A model generated the notes under the pieces. The model was not told the DNA's origin. It made no database searches and saw only the letters and a program-made list of their open reading frames with translations. DNA of 64,000 nucleotides, taken from IMG/VR virus record IMGVR_UViG_3300042923_000569, positions 248,001 through 312,000 of that record; one strand, written 5' to 3'. Below are positions 38,687 to 46,212 of this stretch, one piece after another (position 1 is the first letter of the stretch; each line of letters begins with the position of its first letter). Position numbers and translations under genes: made by a program.

Positions 38687-39012
38687 TATAGTAATCCAAT
38701 AAAATCAATTGTAATCCACATTGGTTCGATGTTTGCTGGAATAATATCTTCATCATTATACTGAAAAATATTTACACCATCACGGAATTTAGTAATTGTT
38801 TTAGCTACTGCGACATTTACTTCCCATGCTTCAACAAAATCTTTTTCAATTTCAATAATTACGGAATCAGTGACCGGCTCGTGTCCACCACGATTCATTG
38901 CATCTTCAAGGCTTAATCCTTCACCAAGTGCAAATGCAAACTGTGGTACTGAGTACTTTACATAATAACGTTTCATTTTACTTTCCATTGAATATTGCTC
39001 GTGTAGCATCAC
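38686..39012 (-). CDS. hypothetical protein
   Basis: ORF; start probably MKRYY. Confidence 0.7.
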   Translation of the reverse strand: MMLHEQYSMESKMKRYYVKYSVPQFAFALGEGLSLEDAMNRGGHEPVTDSVIIEIEKDFVEAWEVNVAVAKTITKFRDGVNIFQYNDEDIIPANIEPMWITIDFIGLL

Positions 39013-39478
39013 GTTCTTCGTTTACTACCAAGTATCCTTTCATAGTCATGCAACCTTGAATGTATCCCAACCAGCGGTGTTTTTTTGTTTCTGACATATC
39101 ATCTTTTGATAGTTCAGTTAACATCCAAGAAAGATGTGAATCAGCCGTTGGTAGTTCAGAGTTTGCTTCTGGTGTGGTATTAAGAATATCATAGTAACGC
39201 TGTCTTAATTCTGGATAGAAATTTCCATGAATCGGATTACTACATTTCTCTTGTTCTTTGAATAGGATATATGCAAGATTAACAGATTTAGAATACAAAT
39301 CAAAGTCCAATTTATCTAAATTACCACCTAAAAATAGATGATCAAGTAGAAACAGTACTGATTTGTGAGCTTTAATCTGATTAGCTGAAGCTAGTTCATA
39401 AATGCGGTGAGGATCACGAAAGTACATTTGAAACAATTCACGTGCTTGTGCCATCTCTGTATTATTCATCACTGTCAT
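38978..39478 (-). CDS. conserved phage hypothetical protein
   Basis: C-terminal HLSWML...KKHRWLGYIQG...ERDATR. Confidence 0.8.
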   Translation of the reverse strand: MTVMNNTEMAQARELFQMYFRDPHRIYELASANQIKAHKSVLFLLDHLFLGGNLDKLDFDLYSKSVNLAYILFKEQEKCSNPIHGNFYPELRQRYYDILNTTPEANSELPTADSHLSWMLTELSKDDMSETKKHRWLGYIQGCMTMKGYLVVNEERDATRAIFNGK

Positions 39479-39725
39479 CCTGCATATCTTGCAAGCGTTT
39501 CATGATTTCATCAATGAAAATCATAGCTTGTTCTTCTGATAGATTATCAGGAATTTCTAAAATCAGTTCACCTGACTCTTTCCCACTTTCAATCATATCA
39601 CGTAAACAATTATTAATCTGTTCTGCGAAATCTTCTGCGGATAGTTCAATTTTTGGTACTTCATTCATGTATGCAAAATGCATAAAATTAGTAGTCATAT
39701 AACTCTCAATAATGCTGGAATCCAT
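39462..39725 (-). CDS. hypothetical acidic protein
   Basis: ORF; start probably MTTNF. Confidence 0.65.
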   Translation of the reverse strand: MDSSIIESYMTTNFMHFAYMNEVPKIELSAEDFAEQINNCLRDMIESGKESGELILEIPDNLSEEQAMIFIDEIMKRLQDMQDDSDE

Positions 39726-39777
39726 TTTGAAGTTTTCAATTAACAGTTGAGTTCATTATGGTTGCTGATAGATTCCA
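39716..39777 (-). ncRNA. GAAUC/CAGCAA-module RNA A (minimal, Asn GUU anticodon-loop mimic)
   Basis: TGGAATC-TA-TCAGCAACCA...TCAA-CTGTTAA-TTGA...GATTCCA. Confidence 0.7.
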
Positions 39778-39783
39778 ATTTTT

Positions 39784-40113
39784 TTATTTAAGCTTAATGG
39801 AGGACGCAATTTCTTCCATTAGTTCTGCTGTAAATTCAATTCCGAACACTTCACTATATCGTTTAGAAGTACGCTCTAACCAATTAGTACTTTTCGTTGT
39901 GAAACCGTATTGTACGTTCTTAGCTGCGTTGTTGTAAGAGTTCCAAGGCTCGTTAGACGATGCATTTAAACGACCCCAATCAGTAATAGCAATGAAGCCT
40001 AGTGCTGATTCTTTACCCCGAAGAATGTTATAGACAATATGGTCTTCTGCGGTGTGTTCTTTCTTACTTTTCCAGGTTTTGATTACGGTGATGTATTGTT
40101 CTTTATTTAACAT
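39784..40113 (-). CDS. conserved phage hypothetical protein
   Basis: HIVYNILRGK motif; own AAGGA SD; preceded in frame by an amber-interrupted leader. Confidence 0.8.
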   Translation of the reverse strand: MLNKEQYITVIKTWKSKKEHTAEDHIVYNILRGKESALGFIAITDWGRLNASSNEPWNSYNNAAKNVQYGFTTKSTNWLERTSKRYSEVFGIEFTAELMEEIASSIKLK

Positions 40114-40194
40114 GATATGTTCCTTTAGATAATTTAATTTAGTTTGTTCTGAATTAAGTTTATCTGGAGGACCAGTACTAAATTTCTATAGCAT
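40114..40194 (-). promoter_or_regulatory. Met-Leu-amber leader, in frame with downstream CDS
   Basis: AAAGGT SD, ATG CTA TAG then KFSTGPPDKLNSEQTKLNYLKEHI-M with no other stop. Confidence 0.5.
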
Positions 40195-40222
40195 AATATT
40201 ACCTTTGTGCTTGTTTAATTTG

Positions 40223-40305
40223 AGCGGAATACAGGATTCGAACCTGCGTAAACTATTCGCCTCTTGCTTGGAAGGCAAGTGCTCTACCAACTGAGCTAAT
40301 CCCGC
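40223..40305 (-). tRNA. tRNA-Gly(UCC) with long variable region
   Basis: CTTGC-CTTCCAA-GCAAG; U73; 15-nt variable region AGGCGAATAGTTTAC. Confidence 0.88.
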
Positions 40306-40444
40306 TAGGATGTACTGCCGCTCTCAGTACTGTACATACTTAATCTTTACGATTTGACCTGTACAGGTGCAACGCGGTTCCCGTCATATAATTTTACAAG
40401 CTGGGGGAATCATACAAGCTTGTTTCACAAGGAAATGAAATCTT

Positions 40445-40693
40445 TTAAATTAAGGTTTCTGAAACTTCTACATTACTTACACTGTAGTAACGATCATACT
40501 CTGAAGTTTTCTTTTCATAATGTGCAATGAACTTACGCTCTGCATGATCTTCATCAAGAGCATAAACAATGTGCGACTTATTATAAGTTCTTGGTTCATC
40601 AACCATATAATCGCTAATTACCACTTTACCCGTTACAAAGTATGCAAGCATATCTCGTACTGGTGTTGTGTTACCATATTCTTCTTCGATCAT
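40445..40693 (-). CDS. hypothetical protein
   Basis: ORF with AAGG SD. Confidence 0.7.
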   Translation of the reverse strand: MIEEEYGNTTPVRDMLAYFVTGKVVISDYMVDEPRTYNKSHIVYALDEDHAERKFIAHYEKKTSEYDRYYSVSNVEVSETLI

Positions 40694-40714
40694 AATTTAC
40701 CTTATTTTATTTTG

Positions 40715-40788
40715 CAGGAGATGGTGGATTCGAACCACCGATACCGATTTCAAAGACCGGTGCATTAGGCCATCTATGCTAATCTCCT
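40715..40788 (-). tRNA. tRNA-Gln(UUG)
   Basis: CCGGT-CTTTGAA-ATCGG; G73. Confidence 0.92.
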
Positions 40789-40793
40789 AAGAC

Positions 40794-40847
40794 TAGAATC
40801 TATTGTTTTTCATATATCCAATGATGTTTGATTGCTGTTAGATTCTA
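40794..40847 (-). ncRNA. GAAUC/CAGCAA-module RNA B (minimal)
   Basis: TAGAATC-TA-ACAGCAATCA...TCAT-TGGATAT-ATGA...GATTCTA; near-identical to 41113-41166. Confidence 0.7.
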
Positions 40848-40852
40848 AATTT

Positions 40853-41083
40853 TTATTCTACTTCATGTTCCCAAACTAGTACTGCTTGCTCTAATATAGT
40901 AGTATCACCATAATAGGTTTCAAGAGTATAAGGGTACGTTTTCTGGTGCCATATTGTCTTTTGTGGGTCAGTCCATATATGTTTTAACATATCAGATACC
41001 ACAAAAATGTTATCACCGTCTACACCGATATAATCATCTTCACGACCTTCTCGTTGTAGTAAATACATTTTAATTTTTTTCAT
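40853..41083 (-). CDS. hypothetical protein
   Basis: ORF lying between RNA B and RNA C repeats. Confidence 0.7.
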   Translation of the reverse strand: MKKIKMYLLQREGREDDYIGVDGDNIFVVSDMLKHIWTDPQKTIWHQKTYPYTLETYYGDTTILEQAVLVWEHEVE

Positions 41084-41112
41084 TTAACGTCACCGTTTAT
41101 CTAAATTAAAAC

Positions 41113-41166
41113 TAGAATCCATCTTTTTTCATATATCCAATGATGTTTGATTGCTGTTAGATTCTA
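41113..41166 (-). ncRNA. GAAUC/CAGCAA-module RNA C (minimal)
   Basis: Direct repeat of RNA B. Confidence 0.7.
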
Positions 41167-41298
41167 AAAGAGAAAGTTTCAAATTGAGTTTACAGAAAGA
41201 TTTTCAAGATCTTAATACGTATTCTATTCCAACCTTATAGGATAACATGCTATCCGTATTGCACCATAGTACGCCTGGTGAATTTGAAACAAATTTTG

Positions 41299-41371
41299 CG
41301 ATCACGGCTGGATTTGAACCAGCGACCACTCGCTTAACAGGCGAACGCTCTAACCACTGAGCTACGTAACC
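41299..41371 (-). tRNA. tRNA-Asn(GUU)
   Basis: TTCGC-CTGTTAA-GCGAG; G73. Confidence 0.93.
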
Positions 41372-41390
41372 ATTTGTATTTCTTACTTAT

Positions 41391-41420
41391 ATTATACCAC
41401 AAAATTTTGCGGCGTTTCAT
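41391..41420 (-). promoter_or_regulatory. WTGAAAC-type phage promoter
   Basis: ATGAAACG...TGTGGTATAAT upstream of tRNA-Asn. Confidence 0.78.
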
Positions 41421-41424
41421 TTAT

Positions 41425-41602
41425 TTCAGTACTAATATCAATTTAATAATAAGGCCATATCGGTCGTTGCGACAATTTATATAACCCCTGCGTGTACTTT
41501 CGGAGTAATTAATTCCTATCCTTAACGATGTTATTTGCCTGCTGATAAATTATTCTAGAAGTAATTTAACGCACTTATTATTAAATTATTATTAGTACTG
41601 AA
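41425..41602. repeat. 178-nt element closed by a ~28-bp inverted repeat (rod-like ncRNA candidate)
   Basis: TTCAGTACTAATA-TC-AATTTAATAATAAG ... CTTATTATTAAATT-AT-TATTAGTACTGAA. Confidence 0.7.
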
Positions 41603-41709
41603 TTGTTGGGAGCCGCAGCGTAACTCCCGTCAGATGATAAGCCATCTGCTACCCATCGTACATAGTCTATAGCTTATTGAATCAGTGTACGTAAGCTCTT
41701 GTAGTGTTT

Positions 41710-42159
41710 TTAACAGCCAAAAAGTCCATAACCCATGCTCATATTCAAATCGCCCCAAAATCCGTTAAAGTCTGGAACTTCGTCATTAACGATTGAATAT
41801 TCAAAATCCAATTCAGTTTGTGCAATTCGCATTAATAAGTCAACAAAATAACTTGGGTCTTCGATAATATAATTAGGTTCTTCATCAGTACCGTCATTAA
41901 ACACCAAGTCACTAAATTTAACACCAGCATCAGCTAGATTCTGAGCATGTTCATTATTAAGTTGACTGTCTTCGTAATCATCAGCAATCAGAAATCGAGG
42001 ATGGTTACCTCCACTGATAATACCAATCTTAGTACCAGCAATCTTGAATGATTCTTGAACTTTTTCATTAGGTTCAGTACTTTCAACAATGAAGACTTCA
42101 TACTGATTGTGTCCATCTTTAGACCAATCACCAATATTAACTTTGAAACGATAACTCAT
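41710..42159 (-). CDS. conserved phage hypothetical protein
   Basis: IGDWSKDGH N-terminus and GYGLF C-terminus. Confidence 0.8.
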   Translation of the reverse strand: MSYRFKVNIGDWSKDGHNQYEVFIVESTEPNEKVQESFKIAGTKIGIISGGNHPRFLIADDYEDSQLNNEHAQNLADAGVKFSDLVFNDGTDEEPNYIIEDPSYFVDLLMRIAQTELDFEYSIVNDEVPDFNGFWGDLNMSMGYGLFGC

Positions 42160-42170
42160 GATTTTACCTT

Positions 42171-42761
42171 TTATTGACCAAACTTGGTCATAGCTTCTTC
42201 TAGTGTATATGAATTTACAACTTTAATAGATGCAACATTGTATATTATTACGAATACTTCACCATTATTAAACTTGTACGTATAAGCATCATACCCAAGT
42301 TGTGTTAATGCACGAACAAATTGCGTCGGATGACTGTTATACCAATCATACCATACTGACATAAGTGCATCATACATACTATCTTCACTCATATAATTAT
42401 CGAGTGCAGTACGAATAGCACGATTTTTGTCTTCGTCCCAATTTGTATATGCTTCATCATCAGGAGTATTCTGTATTAATTTTAGCAGTACTGCCTTGTT
42501 AATTTTCTGACTTTTTGATAGTTCTTTTCTTATTGTCAATTCACATTCATAAATCATACCCGTAGGGGATTTTTCACAATACCCACGTGCAGTAATTGGA
42601 TTAGATGTGAAATATATACCTGGCCCGTATTCATCGTTACCTCTACCAACGAATTCATCGCTGAATTGTGAAATTGGATTTTGTGTACCATGATAATAGT
42701 AACCGGATAGTTTACCTTCCATGATAGAAGATATATCTTCCATCAATTTTTTCATTTGCAT
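42171..42761 (-). CDS. putative ADP-ribosyltransferase-fold protein
   Basis: YYHGT...YGPGIYFTSN...ARGY...LGYDAY...E.FVIIYN (H-Y-E type ART pattern). Confidence 0.65.
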   Translation of the reverse strand: MQMKKLMEDISSIMEGKLSGYYYHGTQNPISQFSDEFVGRGNDEYGPGIYFTSNPITARGYCEKSPTGMIYECELTIRKELSKSQKINKAVLLKLIQNTPDDEAYTNWDEDKNRAIRTALDNYMSEDSMYDALMSVWYDWYNSHPTQFVRALTQLGYDAYTYKFNNGEVFVIIYNVASIKVVNSYTLEEAMTKFGQ

Positions 42762-42790
42762 AATTATGTCCCTAAGAGTTTTATTTTTAT

Positions 42791-43144
42791 TTACTTCTTA
42801 AAGAATAACCATCCAAATGCTCGTACACCAGCATACATCAGTACTGCACGAGGTTTACCAACGTTGGTATCTCTTAATGCTTGCATAAGAACTGCGTCAG
42901 CCTCTTTGCGGCTTAGATTCCCATAGTGGTATAGCCAATCATGTAGGGTTGCTGCGGAATGACCACGATCCCCAACCAGCTCAAATACTACCGGAATACG
43001 AGGAACACTTGCAAAATCTGTTTCAAACCCTGCTGGTACAATAATAGTACCGTGCTTCTTATCCTCGTAAATTAAATCAGATAGTAAACGCCACTTCTTA
43101 CCTTCGTTGTTAATTAACTCTACTTTTAAATGTGTAATGAACAT
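42791..43144 (-). CDS. DUF1353 family protein
   Basis: IIVPAGFETDFASVPR...AATLHDWLY...RKEAD...MYAGVRAFG. Confidence 0.9.
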   Translation of the reverse strand: MFITHLKVELINNEGKKWRLLSDLIYEDKKHGTIIVPAGFETDFASVPRIPVVFELVGDRGHSAATLHDWLYHYGNLSRKEADAVLMQALRDTNVGKPRAVLMYAGVRAFGWLFFKK

Positions 43145-43206
43145 ATTCCATCCTTGATTATAGTTAGTACTATAATATTTAAGAATAGATGTTCATTTTT
43201 AGGTAA

Positions 43207-43434
43207 TTATACCTTTTCGATAATAACAGTACTAGTACGTTTAACTACTGAAAAATTTTCAAGATACTGTTTACTGCGATTTAGAAATATATATGCATCG
43301 TCTTCAGTTTCAAACTCCATAGCACCGAAAAGTACTGGAAGTGTTATTACTGAATTTTGAAAACCAATGCTACTGAAAAACTCTTCAGTTTCGTTATCTT
43401 GTAACATATACGCAGTATTTGTATGAGTATACAT
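43207..43434 (-). CDS. hypothetical protein
   Basis: ORF with AAGGA SD. Confidence 0.7.
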   Translation of the reverse strand: MYTHTNTAYMLQDNETEEFFSSIGFQNSVITLPVLFGAMEFETEDDAYIFLNRSKQYLENFSVVKRTSTVIIEKV

Positions 43435-43459
43435 GCAATATTTCCTTTATTATAATTGC

Positions 43460-43580
43460 TGGAATTCATTTAATTTTTGACCGCTGCGTCTACCGATTTC
43501 GCCACTTGCACCGAAGTGCAAGGCAGGACTCGAACCTGCAAAAAGCTGTTTGCTATTAGTGTGTTTGCTGCTGAATTCCA
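43460..43580 (-). ncRNA. GAAUC/CAGCAA-module RNA D (circularly permuted tRNA mimic)
   Basis: TGGAATTC-A-GCAGCAAACA...T-arm GCAGG-TTCGAGT-CCTGC, acceptor CTTGCAC-TTCG-GTGCAAG, D-arm TGGCGAAATCGGTAGACGC...GAATTCCA. Confidence 0.85.
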
Positions 43581-43590
43581 AATTTATTAT

Positions 43591-43667
43591 TGGTGGGAAT
43601 AACTGGACTCGAACCAGTGACCTCTCCCTTATCAGGGGAGTGCTCTAACCAACTGAGCTATATTCCC
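43591..43667 (-). tRNA. tRNA-Ile(GAU)
   Basis: CTCCC-CTGATAA-GGGAG; CCA encoded. Confidence 0.95.
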
Positions 43668-43675
43668 GTACTACT

Positions 43676-44134
43676 TTACATATTATACCGTCTGTTTAAC
43701 CAATTATCATCGATACGAGTACGGCGTTCTCTTTCCGCGAATTCATCATCCAATTTCTTCACTGCTTCACAGATGCTGTCAATTTGCTCTTGAGTAGGTT
43801 CCCAAGTTTTTATGAACTCATATAGATCATTAACTGTCATTTTACCGTCAGTAAGAGGGTCTTTCACTTCAGTACTGTCAGGTTCTTCTACATGAGATTT
43901 AATGATTGGTTTAGCTTCTTCCTGCCAACCACGAGGCATCCAGTTGTCGTCTTCTAATTCACAAGACATTAGCTCTGTTGGATTCATTGTAGTATCACCA
44001 TAGAAAACATGATACAATTCACCATTCTTGTTCAGATAAAGACGTTCATTGGATCTGAACTTTGGAAGTTCAAATAAAATACCGTCTTCACCTGAATCTT
44101 GGAGTAGTTTTTTGATTTCGTTAAAAGTCATCAC
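43676..44134 (-). CDS. hypothetical protein
   Basis: ORF. Confidence 0.75.
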   Translation of the reverse strand: MMTFNEIKKLLQDSGEDGILFELPKFRSNERLYLNKNGELYHVFYGDTTMNPTELMSCELEDDNWMPRGWQEEAKPIIKSHVEEPDSTEVKDPLTDGKMTVNDLYEFIKTWEPTQEQIDSICEAVKKLDDEFAERERRTRIDDNWLNRRYNM

Positions 44135-44344
44135 TTACCACGCGAATTTATTCATAGAATCTAGTACTTCATTAAGTACTTCAAGTTTTGGGTCATTGTC
44201 TTCAATATCAAACAATGCATAAGCAAGTTCACCATAAAGAACAACGTTTTGGTCATAAGTTTGCTTTTCAACAATTTGTTTAGTGCAAACTGCAATATCA
44301 GTACTTTCAAGAATTTGCTTTACAATATTTTCCATGACATTCAC
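44135..44344 (-). CDS. hypothetical protein
   Basis: ORF. Confidence 0.65.
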   Translation of the reverse strand: MNVMENIVKQILESTDIAVCTKQIVEKQTYDQNVVLYGELAYALFDIEDNDPKLEVLNEVLDSMNKFAW

Positions 44345-44424
44345 CTAATTTTGGACATAAAAAATGGACTACACCATATGTTAAGAAACACAAGGAATAA
44401 TCCATAATCATGACTAGTTCAGTA

Positions 44425-44649
44425 TTAGAACGAATCTGGTTTAGCTACTGATCGTACTGCCGACATAAAACCTTTTTGCAGGTCAGTCCTAGCAATAGAA
44501 AGCCAACGTTGATCAATTTCTGGATTATCTTGTAGGGAATCAATAAGATCACCAACTTGGCTAGCCAAGTTTTTAATATTATTCATCGCATCAATCTCAG
44601 CCTGAGATAAATCGCGATACCCTTTAATGTGTTTGTGTTGATTATCCAT
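44425..44649 (-). CDS. acb2: anti-CBASS cyclic-nucleotide sponge Acb2
   Basis: [20 protein letters not shown]...[27 protein letters not shown] matches the Acb2 N- and C-terminal signatures as recalled. Confidence 0.9.
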   Translation of the reverse strand: MDNQHKHIKGYRDLSQAEIDAMNNIKNLASQVGDLIDSLQDNPEIDQRWLSIARTDLQKGFMSAVRSVAKPDSF

Positions 44650-44672
44650 AATCGTTATCTCTTAATTAAAAC

Positions 44673-44731
44673 TGGAATCCACATAGTCAAAGTAAAAGTT
44701 TGAGTTTTTGTGTGGTTGCTGGGGGATTCCA
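44673..44731 (-). ncRNA. GAAUC/CAGCAA-module RNA E (minimal, Lys UUU anticodon-loop mimic)
   Basis: TGGAATC-CC-CCAGCAACCA...TCAAA-CTTTTAC-TTTGA...GATTCCA. Confidence 0.72.
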
Positions 44732-44738
44732 AAACTTG

Positions 44739-44966
44739 TTATTCTACGTAGCCTAAGTAACCTACATGTACCTTTTCAGTACTCTTAGTTTTCTTGCCCG
44801 TTTCTTTATCTTCTGTGCTTACTTCACGCTCAAATACAATTGGCTCAAGTAAGACTACTTTCTTTTCTGCACCGAATACACTACTAATTTCATCATTAGA
44901 AAGTTTATCAGTACTAGTATGACGGCGTAGTGTACCATCAACTTTGTAATAATAATCGTAATACAT
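44739..44966 (-). CDS. hypothetical protein
   Basis: ORF with AAGGA SD. Confidence 0.7.
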   Translation of the reverse strand: MYYDYYYKVDGTLRRHTSTDKLSNDEISSVFGAEKKVVLLEPIVFEREVSTEDKETGKKTKSTEKVHVGYLGYVE

Positions 44967-45026
44967 AGTTATTTCCTTTTGTACTTTCTTCTATGATATT
45001 ATTTATCAATATATTCGTGCTAAATT

Positions 45027-45103
45027 TGGAGGGATACCAGTGGACTCGAACCACCAACGCAAGGATTTCACATCTCCGCTCTACCAATTGAGCTAGGCAA
45101 CCC
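45027..45103 (-). tRNA. atypical tRNA (8-bp acceptor, degenerate anticodon arm, identity unclear)
   Basis: Canonical D and T arms and CCA; anticodon arm GGAGA-TGTGAAA-TCCTT. Confidence 0.6.
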
Positions 45104-45114
45104 CATTACTAATT

Positions 45115-45205
45115 TGGTGGAAGGTCAGGGATTCGAACCCTGGGAGGGCTATTAACCCCCGACGGTTTTCAAGACCGTTGCATTAAACCACTCTGCCAAC
45201 CTTCC
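45115..45205 (-). tRNA. tRNA-Ser(UGA)
   Basis: ACGGT-CTTGAAA-ACCGT; long variable arm; CCA encoded. Confidence 0.95.
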
Positions 45206-45237
45206 AAAGAAAGTACTATAAAGTACTTTTGTACGCT

Positions 45238-45395
45238 GAATTCTATAGTAATCGAACATACTACCTTTAACACGGTTCAATATGACTTATTTATATATCC
45301 CAAGTCACCAAGTGATTACGAAGGGAGTTTTACGTCCGAGTAACCAATCCATTATTGTATGATTTTAGATTGTTTTATGTTTGCAGTGAGAATTC
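45238..45395 (-). ncRNA. GAAUC/CAGCAA-module RNA F (divergent, longer cargo)
   Basis: GAATTC-TC-ACTGCAAACA...GAATTC closing ~145 nt with internal hairpins. Confidence 0.55.
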
Positions 45396-45423
45396 GGTGT
45401 GTTAAAAATTTCTAAATTAAAAC

Positions 45424-45527
45424 AAGAATCGGGTTTTTCTGTGCCTCGTAACCAACGATGAAAGGGAATTGAACCCTAAGCGGTTTTCGCCAAATGAAAT
45501 AAGATTTATGGTTGCTGTGCGATTCTT
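45424..45527 (-). ncRNA. GAAUC/CAGCAA-module RNA G (permuted, Gln UUG-like loop)
   Basis: AAGAATC-GC-ACAGCAACCA...TTTC-ATTTGGC-GAAA, T-arm AGGG-TTCAATT-CCCT, D-like TCGT-TGGTT-ACGA...GATTCTT. Confidence 0.75.
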
Positions 45528-45643
45528 TAAATTGGAGTATATATTGGTGTTCTACAGGACTAGTGATTCTCAATAAGAGACGAATGATAAGCGTCGTGTC
45601 ATATCATCCTACAATAGAGCATCAGATCTGAGCAATACATACT

Positions 45644-45725
45644 TGGTGGGGTGTCCTGGATTCGAACCAGGGTGTGGTGTGCCTGATTTACAGTCAGGTG
45701 CATTCGACCGCTCTGCCAACTCCCC
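45644..45725 (-). tRNA. tRNA-Tyr(GUA)
   Basis: CCTGA-CTGTAAA-TCAGG; CCA encoded. Confidence 0.93.
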
Positions 45726-45731
45726 AAATTG

Positions 45732-45803
45732 CGTTCCCACGGAGACTTGAACTCCGGTTCCATGCGTGAAAGGCATGTGTCCTAACCACTAGACGATGGG
45801 AAC
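45732..45803 (-). tRNA. tRNA-Glu(UUC)
   Basis: CATGC-CTTTCAC-GCATG; G73. Confidence 0.93.
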
Positions 45804-45974
45804 AGTTTTACTACTTCAATGTCCACTCTTTACTTTTCTCTGTATCTTTCGATACTTCAAAGTTAATAGATTCCATTACTTCAGACAGATTGTTGTTCGC
45901 AATCCCATCCAAAATTTTTCTAAGGATTTTAATGTTTTCTTCCGATGACATATTTATTCCTAAATTAAAAGGCT

Positions 45975-46092
45975 GAAATCTTTTCTATACGGTCATCCAG
46001 ACACAGCCTAAAAAGCAACATGGCTGCTGGGGGATCGAACCCCACCGTTTTTCATAGCAGGAAAAAAGTTTTTATGTTTGCTGTAAGATTTC
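45975..46092 (-). ncRNA. GAAUC/CAGCAA-module RNA H (permuted tRNA mimic, Ser GCU loop)
   Basis: GAAATC-TT-ACAGCAAACA...TTTTTC-CTGCTAT-GAAAAA, T-arm TGGGG-TTCGATC-CCCA, acceptor hairpin GCAGCC/GGCTGT, D-arm GTC-TGGAT-GAC...GATTTC. Confidence 0.8.
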
Positions 46093-46105
46093 GATATTGC
46101 TTCGT

Positions 46106-46212
46106 GCAGCGACAAGGATTTGAACCTACGTGATATTAAGAGAAACCTTCTCTACTTAATTCATTACCAGTGATCGATTTACTAATGAATCGCGTCAATC
46201 ACCATCCCGCTA
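46106..46212 (-). ncRNA. tRNA-like RNA with enlarged anticodon and variable arms
   Basis: Acceptor TAGCGG/TCGCTG, T-loop AGG-TTCAAAT-CCT, arms TTCATTA/TAATGAA and AGAGAA/TTCTCT. Confidence 0.5.

Noticed and set aside
39716-44731. Minimal module RNAs as preQ1-type riboswitches
   Set aside because: The CAGCAA similarity is superficial; the stem closes the whole element and several copies precede tRNAs rather than CDS.
39716-46092. Module repeats read as a CRISPR or mini-CRISPR array
   Set aside because: Copies are dispersed, irregularly spaced and enclose structured cargo; there is no repeat-spacer periodicity and no cas gene.
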